Of a stretch of DNA of 64,000 bases, positions 39,771 through 52,665 are shown piece by piece. Every line of letters begins with the position of its first letter. The stretch's first letter is position 1. The notes beneath the pieces are model-generated. The model did no database searches, had not been told where the DNA came from, and saw nothing but the letters and a program-made list of their open reading frames with translations. The DNA is from Novakomyces olei (taxonomy: Eukaryota). The DNA is taken from positions 496,001 to 560,000 of the forward strand of contig JADEYG010000009.1 of assembly GCA_016906335.1 (NCBI GenBank). The letters run 5' to 3'. Position numbers and translations under genes: made by a program.

Positions 39771-40281
39771 CTGGAAATTTGGCAATTTATTTACTTTTAA
39801 TGAAAGGATAAAGAAACAGTCAATGAAAATATTAAATGAGAAAAGGTAAAAAAAAAGGTGAAAACAAAAAAAGGTGATTATAACATTGGCATTTGCCTGA
39901 TTGACGGGACTTTTTGGGCGCGTGTGGCAGCATGGCAGTATGGCACCGTCCTTGTTAGCTGCACAGAATACGCAAGGAAACGGCCGTTTAATTACAGACA
40001 AGTGTTTGAGCTTGAAAGTGTGTTTATTACTGTAATTTGTACTCTTTTTGTTCTTTCTTGTCCCCGATTCATACTCAGGAATAAGAGTAGATAAAACTAT
40101 CGACATAGATTTATTTATTGTTAGCTGTATCTCAATGTGCTCCTTCAGTGTCTTGTATAACCATCCACGAGCAGCATTGTGCGCGATAGAGCCATGTGCC
40201 AGTGCTGCCAATTCAAGCTGGAATTGCTCAGGCCTTTGTACAAGTGAAGCGCGGCTCTTGTTGAAAAATACTTATCAAAAA

Positions 40282-40716
40282 CTACATGCACCCTCGTCCT
40301 TGTGCAACTGGCAATAAATAAGGAGTAAACGTGTGGCACTTGGACGGCACGTAGCTGCTCTTGTCGAGACACCTTTAGGGTTAAGTGGGGTTATCGTCTG
40401 TCTCGCAGTACATAACCGTAGCGTGAAACTTGCTACAAGTTTATTAGGCAGTAACTATTATTGCTGATACTAGTGTAAAGTACGCGGATAAGGTAGCAAG
40501 TAAGGTAGCAAGTAAGAGGTAGAAGTATAAGGTAGCAAGTAAGAGGTAGCAAGTAAAAGTGGTATCAGTGTTCATACTTGGTAAAAGTACGAACGAGTAT
40601 TAGTGTAAGAAGTATTAGGGTATACAAGTTGGTTTCTAGCCTTAACTTTGAATGTAATATAACAACAACGCTCGTACATTATCTATCTAACCTTCGCGCA
40701 CACACGTTATCGTCAT
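40282..40716 (-). pseudogene. Possible degenerate twin-CX9C (Cox23/CHCHD7-like) gene
   Basis: Exons 40692-40716, 40417-40432 and 40282-40372 splice to MTITCVREASFTLRCLDKSSYVPSKCHTFTPYLLP... (CX9C-X10-C). The fourth Cys is missing in frame and the second donor (GTTATG) is weak. Confidence 0.35.
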
Positions 40717-41036
40717 AGTGACACTGTGGAGTACCGTCGACACTGGCTGCACATGCAGAGCTGATGAACCTGAGCGTAACTGCTTCACCAGTGTTGTACG
40801 CATAACAAACCTTATACGAGCACAGCCGTTTACGAGCACAGCGTTTACGAGCAAAGTACGGTGCTCAGCAGGCACGTCCGCCACAAAGGTATACATCTAA
40901 CCTTCCACGTCTTCCAGTTCCAACTTTGACCTGTACAGTGTAGTACCACCTCCCTCCTCTCCGGTCCACGATCCTCCCTCCACTGCCTCGACTGGCACGG
41001 CTGGCACGGCTGGCAGTGCAGGCCTCTGCGCCCCGT

Positions 41037-43525
41037 ATGACCACGTGGCTGCAGGCTTATGTCCCCGGCGCAGGCAGATCTCTGTCTCTTCGCGAACCCA
41101 ACTCTTCAACATCGAAGCCCGGCTCGAGCGAGGCCGAGCAGGGCTCTTCATCTGGACTGGAGACAAGCGTGCTCCAGCAGGACGCGAGACCTGAAATATC
41201 GCACAGGCACCCGCTCTCTATCCGTGACCCTAATGCCCCTCCCTTGCGAGTACAGTGGTACTATGCCGTAGACGTACCCCTGCGCAAGTTTAGCGATCAA
41301 AGCAGTCAAAAGAGCAATCAAAAAGCCAATCCAAAATTGAATCAAAAACACAATTCAAATTCAAACTTGAATTCAAAAAATAATTCAAAAAATAATTCAA
41401 AAAATAACCCAAACTTGAGCAGTGTGAATACGGACACGTCTGTGCCGCCACAACGTACGGCGCACAAGTTTGCAGCGTTCAGTCGGCGCGACTCAGAGTC
41501 GCTCGAGTCAGCGTTCCAGCAGAGTCCAGACTCTCCGCCGGACGATGTGCAGGAGCGGCAGAGCTTTGTTGTCCCCGTAAACGAGGATCATTTGTTTGAG
41601 GTCGATATAATCCGCCGAGAACTTGCGCCAACGTATTGGCGTGGAGCCGTCTTTGAAGTGCGCAGGGGCAGCTGGTTCTTCCAGGACGCTACTGGCAGCG
41701 TACGGCCGTGTGACGAGAACCTGGCTACTCAGCTGGAGGAAGGGTATATAAAGATTAAACCCTACCGCGAACCGCCGAGTGGGCCAGAGAGTGGGGCAAA
41801 GCGTGGCTCAGCTGGCTCAGCAGCTTCCTCGGGAGACAAGCAGGCTTCGTGGAAGCTGCTTGGTCGGCACACGGGCAAGTTTGTAGTGTATGGGAGTGCG
41901 AGTACGGCTTACATCTTGTCCGACGACCTGTACGGGACACTGACTTCGACCTTTGTATCAAAGCTGTCTGCTGGGTACTATACTCCAGGGACACGAGTAG
42001 TACGGGGCTTCCCGGACAAGGAAAAGGACAAGTCCAGGTCCAGAAGCTGGACGGCCAAGTCTGAGGCTACAAACGGCCTTTTAGCTACAAACGATCCTCG
42101 AGTCACAAACGACTCTGGAGCCAACAACGATCCTGGAGCCAACAACGACTCTGGAGCCAACAACGATCCTGGAGTCAACAACGATCCTGGAGCAGAGGCG
42201 GCGATGGCAAAAGGCACTGCTCCCTCACTGAGCTCTGCTCTACTTGCAGAGCAGTCCAAGGACTATACTGTGCATGTGAGTGAGGACATGCAGCAGATGG
42301 CAACGGCTCCAGAGGTAGAGGACCCGGATCGCGAGATTGACCACTTGATCCTTGTCTGCCATGGCATTGGCCAAAAGCTGGGAGAGAGGATCGACTCTGT
42401 AAACTTTGTCCACAATGTCAATGTACTGCGCAACTCGCTCAAGGCCACATACAAGTCGGCAGAGGAGCTGCAGTCCCTCTCTGGCCACCCGCAAAACTGT
42501 GGGATCCAGGTTTTGCCCGTCCACTGGCGCCACCATATCCGCTTTGGCCAGGCTCAGTCAGAGGACTTTGGCAGCCATAGCTATAGCAGGAGCAGTAGTC
42601 CTGAACGGCCGACGACCGCTACTGCCGACTCGGCAGACGGTATAGATCTCGGCGAGGAAGGCACGTCTTGCACAGACGAGCAAGCAGACTTTGAAGGTGA
42701 TTTTGAAGGTAATTTTAAACGTAATTGTAAAGGTAACTGTAAAGTTAATTGTAAAGGTGAGGCAGACGAGGAGCACGCTACACTGCAGGACATTACAGTG
42801 GAAGGAGTGCCCGGGATCAGAGGCATTATCAGCGACGTTCTACTCGACATACTGCTGTTCTACCAGCCGCGGTACCGTGAGCAGATAATCCGCAGCGTTG
42901 CCTCAGAGATGAACCGTATCTACTGCCTCTTTGTAGCCCGGCACCCGGGCTTCAAGGGCAAAGTCTCCGTTATGGGCCACTCGCTGGGAAGTGCAATACT
43001 GTTTGATATAATGTGCCGTCAGCCGGCTAAAAGTGAGCTGGACCAGCAAGCAGCAAATCGCTCACAAGAGGCACCCGCCTGGACGGGTCCAGTGCTGGAC
43101 TTTGAGGTTGAAAACTTTTATGCTCTCGGCAGCCCTATCGGCCTCTTCCAGATGCTCCGGGGCCACGATATAAGCGCTCGAAGCACAAAGCCTGGTGGCC
43201 AAAGCACACGGGCGTCTAGTCCGCTCGTGAAGAACCTGTACAATATTTTCTACCCTTCTGACCCGGTCAGCTACCGTCTAGAGCCGCTCGTGTGGAAGGG
43301 AGCTGCCCGGATGAAACCTTACCCTCTGCCTTACACAAAGAGCGGGTTCGGGTACAGGCTTACCGGTCTGCAGGACCTGTCTCAGCGACTCGCTGACGGA
43401 GCGTCTGGTCTCTTTAGTGGACTCCGCAACGGAATAACAAACACTATTCTCTCCCGGTCACTGGGGTACAGGTACGCCCCGCCAGAACCTGAACCAGGAA
43501 CTGGAACTGGAACTGGCACTGGCAA

Positions 43526-43558
<33 letters not shown>

Positions 43559-44084
43559 CAGTAGCAGAAAGAACAGAGCAGGGCACTTGCCCGGCAATTC
43601 TGCCTCAGGAACGGGTGTGGGCAGTACAGCCAGCGGACATAGGTCTAGTGTGAAAAAGAGCTGGGAGAGTGGGACTGTGAGTGACGATGGTGGGTCTGGT
43701 TTCACTGGCAGCCATCGTGATGGAGCCCAGCGGCGTTCAGAGGCTCGGTCTCGGCTTGTGGCGAGGCTCGTAGAAGCTCAAGTGGAGGAGAACGTCCCCC
43801 TTGACGAGGCAGAGCGGACTGCCCGAGCCCAGGCTGATATGCTGTTTGGAGAAGGCAGCAAGAAGCCGTCAGTGCAGAGCCCTGCAGAGGGTTCGGGAGA
43901 GCAGCGGCTGCAGCAGCTGAACATGACTGGCCGCTTGGATTTTGCTATTCAGGAGGGACTGTTTGATGCAAGCTACATTTCTGCTATTGCCTCGCATCTG
44001 AGCTACTGGGCTGACGTGGACGTTGCACACTTTGTGCTCTCTCAGCAGCTGTGGACAAGTGCACGCGAGCAAAAGTGGGGATAA
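41037..44084 (+). CDS. DDL1: DDHD-domain phospholipase A1 (Ddl1/YOR022C-like)
   Basis: WYYAVDVP, VPVNEDHLFEVD, EVRRGSWF, IDHLILVCHGIGQ, GHSLG nucleophile, NIFYPSDPVSYRLEPL, IASHLSYW. Confidence 0.92.
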
Positions 44085-44166
44085 GTACGAAATGCAAAGT
44101 ACAAAGTACGAAATGCAAAGTACGAAATGCAAAGTACAAAGTATGAAATGGTCGGGAGAGGGAAAA

Positions 44167-44521
44167 CTAGTTTGCCGAATGGTATAGGTTTCTGAATGGC
44201 GCCGTTTGCTTATAAAGTGGGTTCGTAATGGCAGGCGGGCGCCTTTTATATATGGCAATACCCTTAATCTGCCCCGTACGTCTAGGGTATACCCAATCTT
44301 TTCGTTGGGCACGGGAAGCATTGGCCTTTGCGCTTGAGGGTGCAAACAGTCGAAAAGATTGAAATTGCATACGTTGTTTGATCGAGCTTGTTAAACTCGT
44401 GTAACTTTGAGCAAGTGATTGGGAGTAGAAGAATCGTGGGAGATGTAATTCCCTTTTTATCAGCCAACAAAGCATACGCGTTCTTTTACATTTTCCAGTC
44501 AAACTCTGATTTTTTAGCCAT
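44167..44521 (-). CDS. Possible small basic orphan protein (2 exons)
   Basis: ATG at 44521 (MAKKSEFDWK), a ~37-nt intron GTAAAA...GCTGATAAAAAG, then the open frame ending at 44167. No recognisable motif. Confidence 0.25.
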
Positions 44522-45510
44522 AGCATTTTGTTGAAAGTGGGTGATTCTTGAAATACATGTTTTACTAATAGTTTGAATGAAAGGCTTTCTATCCACTAAT
44601 GAAACTCGACCCGAATTATTCACTGTTTCTGTTTTTAATAGCGAAAATGACAATGATACAGTTTGTAGCAATTATTCTCAATTTAAATTAAACTTTTGTC
44701 CTTAAACGATAAGTAGTGTTTAACAATAATAATCGGTTGGTAACAAAATTATAATGTAACAAAAAAATAATAATAAAATAAAATAATAATAATAATAATA
44801 ATAATACTATGGGCATCCACTTGCTAACGCGTGATTTAGGGTCGACACTTGTATAGCTGTCATTGCACCCTTTTCCCTCTTTGCCTATTTAACTGACAAA
44901 TGCAGGTGCACAAGGCTGCTCAATAAAGTAAGTAAAATTGACGCCCGATAATTTCTGCCGAATAATAGGCACAAATTCGACGGTAAACTCTATCGGCATT
45001 AATTGTCTGCGGCATTTGTTTACAGCCCCACTTTGAAAGTTGTAGTCACATCCGAAAAGTATCCGCCGCTACTAAACTAAATGCTAAAGTGACTCTAAAG
45101 TGTCCAGACCCGTTGTGTAGACCAATGTGAGCGTGCGAAATGTGTACGTATACAGGCACGTGAAACTACTCGTCCCATATTAGAGGTTGACGATTGTCGA
45201 CCAATCATATTCGAGATCGACGCCATACGTGCGAACGTGTGGCCAAGCGCGACACGCAAAGGCCATTCTCCGTAATAACCAGAAAGTGGAGAAACGGATG
45301 GACGCAAAGGCGTTTACGTAAATACTGAATGTGCATGCAAGTTTGAAGCGCTGTGCAAATTAGAGTTTGGGTTTTGTTATTTGCAGACTCGTACTTTAGT
45401 ATGTACAGAGGCTGCAAGTAGTCCTGTCTAGAGTCCTACCAAAGCAAATCACAAAAAGCTTATTGAAAGGGAGGGAGGTATATATTGGGCTGACAAAGAC
45501 CACTGCCGTA

Positions 45511-46335
45511 ATGAACTGGCTTTTCTTCTTAGCGGCTCTAGTCTTTAATGCGATTTTATCGGTATGCGAAGTTGAGCCAGGGCACCAACGGCTCTTTGCC
45601 GCTGAGGACTCGAGTTTAACGTCGACGGGGGATACTCTGGCTCTACAAGTGTGGAGGGAGTTGGAGTCTGCCGCCACGAGTGAGGGGCAAGAGCAGTTAC
45701 GTTACTATCGTCGGGCTTTATCTGTAAGCGTCATGTTTATTTATCAGCGCATTTATATATATTTTATTTTATTTAATTTAATTTTAATTTATTTTAATTT
45801 ATTTTAATTTATTTTAATTTATTTTAATTAATTAATTTATTTATTTCATTTTAATTTTATTTTATTTAATTTATTTGCCTGTTCTTTTAGTTTTTGATTC
45901 ATCAATGATTGCACATGTTTCTTCGAGTTCTAACTGTAGTATTTTGAACGGGCCGCTCTTGAATCAGAGTACGCGTCAGTCATGCTCGGGCGCGATATGT
46001 GTCGCCAACTCGAGTCCGACGCACTTTTACATTGGCAGTGCCGGCAAGTGGCCGACGAATTGGTTTATGCCGCATTGGCAAAGCAGCATCATCCTCATTT
46101 TTACCATCGTTTATTGGCTATCATACTACGAGACGATGGAACTCGAATAATCGAGTCGGCAATTAAGGCAGCCACGCGAAAAGTAGCCCCTGAATCTCCC
46201 TGGCGAAGACTGTTAGGGCCGTTTGGTCGGAAATGTCGGACAAATGGCCGGGATAACTGGTCACGATTTGATTCAAAATCACGAGTGGAAAAACGAGGGT
46301 CTTGGCTGCGAAAAAAGTATTCTGCAACAGAGTAG
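45511..46335 (+). CDS. Hypothetical secreted or membrane protein, 202 aa
   Basis: Signal-peptide-like MNWLFFLAALVFNAILSVC. A phase-0 intron at 45724-45939 (GTAAGC...TTCTAACTGTAG) joins two ORFs in frame. Confidence 0.65.
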
Positions 46336-46870
46336 TGGGACATTTGTAGAATAAAAAGGGAGTGGAAAGCGTTGTCTGATTTTACGTATACAGCTGGTAA
46401 AGCATGGTTTCCATAGCTGCTTGTCTTTTGATATCATTATTTTTTTTTTCTTGTTATTTTATTATTCTTTTCGCTAAAACTGCTGTTTTTAATTGGCTTT
46501 TAACCAATTATTTAGGTTTATATTGATATCAATGACCGTGTTTTCAATGGAAGATATTCAACAAATGATATTCAATAAGCATGATACTTGGTAAACAATG
46601 GGGCATCAACAGGTGTAGTAATCTTGTAGCAGTGTATCCGAAAACGTAAAGAGCCAAGCTCTGCCGTGCTCTATTATTTGCCGCAGAACGAGAAAGGCAC
46701 ACTGCTCTGCATTAGAGCAAAATGGCAAGTAGACATATTAAATGACTTGCATATCTGCCCGTAAAGGGCCATTGTGAGGGGGAGAGACGTGGAAAAGTGA
46801 AGTAAATGAGGGAAAAGAGCAATAAAAATTTCTTAATGTCACGAATAAAAAAAGGTAAAAAAGTAAGGAG

Positions 46871-47601
46871 TTATTCTTCCTCGCTCAAGTCGAATTTAGT
46901 GATTCCAAAGATTCGTTTGCGGTGGACCTGGCAACAGTAAGCACGTGTTTGAAATGTAATGGGAATCATACGGCTGGCAATTTTGGTATAAGTACCATTA
47001 TTAGGGCCCACAAGTTGACAACAAACATCCAGATATCGAGACGGGTGTAATGTGTAGTCAATAGAAACCTTTTCATATTAATGTTTATGCAATTGTACAA
47101 AGAGGTGACATACAAGATTACAGGGACGGCAGTAAGGTACTTTTTCGCAGGTGTGTATTGCGCACCTTCGTCCATCTGCTCCCACATAGTGAGGCGATCA
47201 TAAGCACCGGCATTAAAATCGAACGGAATGCCTTTGACCCAATGGAACATGATAAAACTGCCCTGCAAATGTTTAGCTTTGAAAGATACAAAATCTTACC
47301 AAAGTATAAGACAAATTAGTCAACGTCCAGCTCAGCTCGGTCGACACAAACGGCAGCGAGTTGAAAACGAGCCGGGCGATAATAATAAGAACAATATGAA
47401 TGAGCCAGGCGCCTAACATTAGCAAAGTACACGCCTCATTTGCTTACCTTTCTGATTCACCCAGTTTGCATTGTAATTTGCTTCTCCCAGCTGATCCTTT
47501 TGATCGTCAGCCGTTGGATCCGGAACTTCATGAACCAGTGACGACGAGCGGCGCCGTGTAGTCGTTGAACCCGCGTGCTCGGGTGAGAGCAGTGTTGTCA
47601 T
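46871..47601 (-). CDS. ORM1: ORMDL-family sphingolipid regulator Orm1/2
   Basis: Spliced: RRRSSS...NANWVNQKGAWLIH...SWTLTNL...FHWVKGIPFDFNAGAYDRLTMWEQMDEGAQYTPAKKYL...PKLPAVHRKRI. Confidence 0.96.
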
Positions 47602-48581
47602 CTGAGAATTCCCGCACTTTCCCCAGTGCACTTGAGCCTTTTCTCAAGTCAGCGTGCAAGAGTTGAAGGCAAAGTAGTGAGCTGGTGCAAAGGTTAGAGA
47701 GCTCGATCCCGCAGCAAATCGATAATATCTCGTTAGATCTAGCCGGCGTCTCGGCCGTTGTTTAATAGATATATATAGAATATTGCGTGTTGGACAGGAC
47801 TATTTGTAGCTGGAAAGGCCCGTGTTGGGATTGTGTGGTACTTTATTTATTTATATATTTATATTTATCTATGTATATTTATTTATTTACATATATATTC
47901 AAGTGTACTCGTCGTACTCAATCTAGTGTAAATCTACTTATATACTTCGCTTCATACATACGTTCTCCTTAATACGCGTGTTTCATGCAACACGGACCCG
48001 TTTACTGCACATTTTATTGAGGAATTTTATGCGACAACCGTTGGTGGTTAGAAAGCAAATCAATAGTCCACTTCACCTAAATAATTGGTCCAGAGTCAGC
48101 TCGAAAGCTGAGTTATTTGCACAGACGCGATCCGAGTAGACATTAATAACTTGATACATAAGTGTTACCGTTACGCTTGGCTTATAGGCGTTTATTTGCA
48201 CTCTTTCACTACTGCCTTGTGCCCTGGCGCCGCCATAGACAGTAAATATGACATCATCGCTTACTCGCTAACTATAATGCGGTGCCAAGGGCCGCCTAAC
48301 TTTGGCACTGGCCCGGCACAAGAACAAAATTACGTGGAGATGTCTTTGGACACGGCTGATTTTACACTCACTGCAAGCATACTCGACACGTATTTCAATT
48401 CGTACAGTCGTTATATTCATCGCTATGATCAGTATATGTTTGGAGGTGCCAATTTAATATGTACGACGCGACGCGTGTGTAATGTGTGATTTTAAAATAC
48501 AAGCCCACATCGCCTTACGTTCCAGCATGAATAATGCCACACATATACAAAATTCAATGTACTATAATTGCCACATGTAAA

Positions 48582-50202
48582 ATGAGCCTCAAGTACGTAT
48601 GTCGTACCCCAACTACGTATGTCGTACCCCAAACTACGTATATCGTACATAAATCAACAATCATTCACTACGTATCGCATAGTACCATCTTTATCTTAAT
48701 CCAGAGTACGACGACGATTAACTTTTAATATAGTTTAAAATTTTATTCTTAATTTTAATGTAGTTAAATTTATATTCTGCTTTAATTTTAATTTTAATTT
48801 AGGTTTAATATTAATGTTTGGTTTAATTTAATTTTTAATATTTTTCGTGGACAAGGTTAGCAAACGGCCTCATCCCAGTATGGGCACCAGCACAACCGGC
48901 ACAAGCACGGGCGGTACTGAAGCTGCCACGCCAATTGACGCAGACGCTTACTCACTGTCAGACGGGTCTGATCGTAATCGAGATGCGATGGTTATAAGCA
49001 GCGACGAGGATGACTATTACGACGACCCTTTGTGGGACGATATCTCGCACGGTCGGTACTTTGGCAAACTTGACGACTCCAGCGACGAAGATGGGAGTGA
49101 TGGGGGAAGTGGAAACCCCAACGGCGGCTCTGAGTCTCGAGACAAGATTAAAGTTAGACGTGATCGGGTTATCGTCTGTGATAACTGCCAGCAGGTTGGA
49201 CACATTGCACGGGACTGTAGACATATGGTATGTGTCCTGTGTGGACGGTTGGACGAGCATCAAATCTACAACTGTCCGCTAATGAAGACGTGCACCAACT
49301 GTGGTCTCAATGGACACTTTCGCATCAATTGCCCTGAGCCACGTGGGGACGGAAGCTGTGCTCGGTGTGGAGCACATCGGCACAAAACGGCTCGTTGCCC
49401 TTTGCTCTGGCGATTTTATTGCTTTCGTCGCACTGATACTGCAGGTCCCCGAGAGCCTATCAGGCGCGCCTGTTACACGTGCGCTTCTAACCGTCACTGG
49501 GGCGACGATTGCCCGCAAACACGTGGCCACACGTCGGCTTTTAGTCGGGCCAATGAACCCGCGGTCAGTGTGGGCCCTCACTCTGGAAACAATGGGAACT
49601 CTAAAAAGCATGAAAAATTCATTGGCAACGGGAAAATGAGTCACGGTACTATGGCAAAGGGGGCGAAAAGACCAAACGCAAACGAGACAAGGCCGAGATA
49701 CTTGGACGGGGTGGAAAACGTCCAGTCCCACGGTAACCCTGGCAAAGGGCAGAGCGCCGGTGCAGGCAACGGGTTCGGGTTTGTAAACCGAATTAAAGGC
49801 ATGTTCCAGCGCTCGCTTGAACAGCCACCACAGGGTGATGGAGAAAAAGTGCAGGGCCAGTTTCAGGGGCATTTGCAAGGCAATCCTCTGAATAAGTTGA
49901 ACAAGAATCCCACTTTTCCAACCGGCAAGCAGGGGCCTCAAGATCGACCGCTAGTGGCACCTACAGGCCCACGAAGCAGTCACAATAATTTCAATAATAA
50001 AAGGGGACAAACACAGCCTTCTACTCTCGAGCGGATTCGTAACCAGTTGCGGAACCAGCCTCGCAGGCGACAGGGCAGGCATGGCCCTGGAGATTATACG
50101 GCACAGAGCGGCACAGGGTCCAGGTCGGCTTTGAAACAATTGGAACCGGAAGGCTCAAAGTATGGGCGCGAATCGCCACCGCGTAAACGTGCAAAGACAT
50201 GA
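48582..50202 (+). CDS. AIR1: Air1/Air2-like CCHC zinc-knuckle protein (TRAMP complex); start uncertain (48582 with intron 48597-48855, or 48880)
   Basis: GRYFG motif, five CX2CX4HX4C-type knuckles, CPLLWRFY, HWGDDC, SAFS. Confidence 0.85.
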
Positions 50203-50722
50203 ATTATTCAAATGTTGCGATGGCGGGGATGATGCATTGATATATACAATGATACCAGGCGGCGTAGTCTCTTTTGAAGCATTTATTTAATTTTCGTTTG
50301 CGTTTACAAGTGTATATTGCGGATTGTAATTTATGGCGGAAACCTCTTGCTGTACCCTATATTCATTGAAGCACAGTGTTCCAGTGTAGCGTTGTAGAGT
50401 TGAGTAGCGCGAGCGGAATAGTTTCAGAAAATAAGATCGATTTTTACTCTTAAAGCACCGAGGCGTGTTAAATCATGACCTCTCAAACAATTCTCCCTTC
50501 AAACGATTCTGCTCTCGAATAAATCTCCCTTCAAACAATTCCTCAATGTTACTAACCCTGCGAGGTAGCACTTTGCGTAATTGTTACACATACGAGTCAA
50601 ACTTTACGCTTTAACATAAAGCAAGTATAATTGCGAACAAAAATATACATAGAAGCTTAGATCAATGATCAATATATAATTAATTATATACGTAGTGGCC
50701 GGTCAAAGGTGCCAAGGCCACA

Positions 50723-51625
50723 ATGGCAAACAGCAAAAACGTATCATACGTGAACCGGGTCCTCGGTAAGAATGAAAATTGACTCCCTCTCGACCATCTA
50801 ACGGTTCCAGGCAGTATACACAATGACCTTGGCTTTTTAGTCGACGAAAACATCATCACTCAAGACCTGTACGATCACTTTGTAGACGTGCTCCCACGAC
50901 GTAAGTGTCTCCCGCTCTTGTACGGCCCACATTATGTCTAACTTTAAGGCTACAAGGAAGGTGCACCGCCAGTCGGGCTGCCTGAATCAAAGTCACAGCC
51001 TCAAGAAAAATCAGAGCCTGTAAACTCTGTTCAAAGCCTGGCACGCAAGTTATCGGAAACACGAGTGACACCTGCAGCAGCCGAGCCGGAGAAGGCGGCA
51101 GCACCGGCATTTAGGCCCGCTCCCAGTCCTCAGCCGGCTCCGCCTTCGTACCTCGGATACTGTGAGCCCTTGTACGATTATCATAGCGAAGATGACGGAG
51201 ATTTGGATTTACGTGTGGGCCAGAGAATCGAGATACTAGAGCAGATCAATAACGACTGGTGGAAGGGACGAGCAGAAGATGGCCGTGAAGGCATTTTTCC
51301 ATCAAACTACGTGCGCAGGCTCGTAGACGAGAAAAAGGTAGGTCCTACTCCGGGAGGAAATTTCCCTCCGCCTGCGATGGGTGGGCCAGTTTACTCTCCT
51401 CCGGCACAAGGCGGCTACTACCCGCCACCGGCCGTTCAGCAGTACCCTCCCCCGTCTGTAAATGGGCCGCCTGTTGCTACCGTGGAAGAGTATAATCAAA
51501 TGCCCCCGGAAAAACGGGACAAGTTTAAGCGTGTTGGTGGTCAAATTGCCTCAAAGTTTGGTAATGCTGCCATTTTTGGTGCGGGTGCTACAGCCGGTTC
51601 TAGTCTGTTTAATGCTATATTTTAG
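50723..51625 (+). CDS. LSB1: SH3-domain protein Lsb1/Pin3
   Basis: Spliced N-terminus YVNRVLGSIHNDLGFLVDENII; SH3 LYDY...DWWKG...GIFPSNYV; tail KFGNAAIFGAGATAGSSLFNAIF. Confidence 0.9.
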
Positions 51626-52665
51626 TAGAGGGAATGAGAATAAAGGGTTCATTATGAATAGTTTAATTTACATTTGTTGCGCAATACATTTGGTTATTCA
51701 GAGCTGTTGAGCGTGCGCCATGATGTCGGCAGTAGACGTAGGCGGTATATGATGTGAACGGTACATTTTATTTGATCGGAAACGTGTTTATATGGCAACC
51801 TCTGTAATGTCTCTGTCCCGTGTCCACTTTAAACACTGATTTGAAAAGCGTTTCAGACGGTACTCGACGCAGGAAAGAGGGCAGTAAATTAAAGCTTCAG
51901 ATTAATCAAAGGTCCACTAAAAATATCGCGCCTTGTACAGTAAATATTCCAAACTAGACACACATCGTGCACTGATCTACACAGGAACTACATTACACTC
52001 GGGGCCCTGTAAATCGTAAATGGCGAAATTACTATTCAATTTTAAGTTCGTTCTTACAAGACTGCTCGGCCATCGGCATTTACAAGTCTTGGACCTGCCA
52101 GTGCCATGCTGGGTGTACGCCAAGTATAGGCAACAGCAGCAAGTCATATTTACTTTTATGTGTCATGTCTAGTGTGTAACTTTGGCTGTATTATGTAGTT
52201 TGCCAAGTACTGGGGTGCCCATACATTATTCTTCCTTACAGTATGAAACGTGTCAAGTAAGTAGAGCACAAGTTACCTACAAAACAAGTCCGTTGGGTTT
52301 AGCAGGTTATTTGGTTAAAATTATAATAATCTAGTTAAAACATAAACCCAGGGGAAGAAACCAAACGCGCGGCTTGCGCTGACTGCTCTGAGCTACGAAT
52401 GGACCAAGCCTAAAGGCGTTAGAACGCAGCCGACATAAAGGCCAGCAGATACTGATCCTTTAAGCAACTATCGTTTATTATTTCCCCTGGAGGCTGCCGC
52501 AATTTGTCTCTCTTGGCTTTCCAGGACTCGTTACCTTTTGATTCATTTACTTTCTTCTAGCGCCTTCCTTCTCGAAGTGGCCCTCAATTGCACGGGCAGA
52601 GCCATCCACAGATTAGAAGCAGCGAGTAATCTTTGCCGCAGTTGAATCTGTAAACTTGCCGGCCA

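Noticed and set aside
48151-48489. 112-aa ORF between ORM1 and AIR
   Set aside because: TTG start, no motif, lies in a divergent promoter region.
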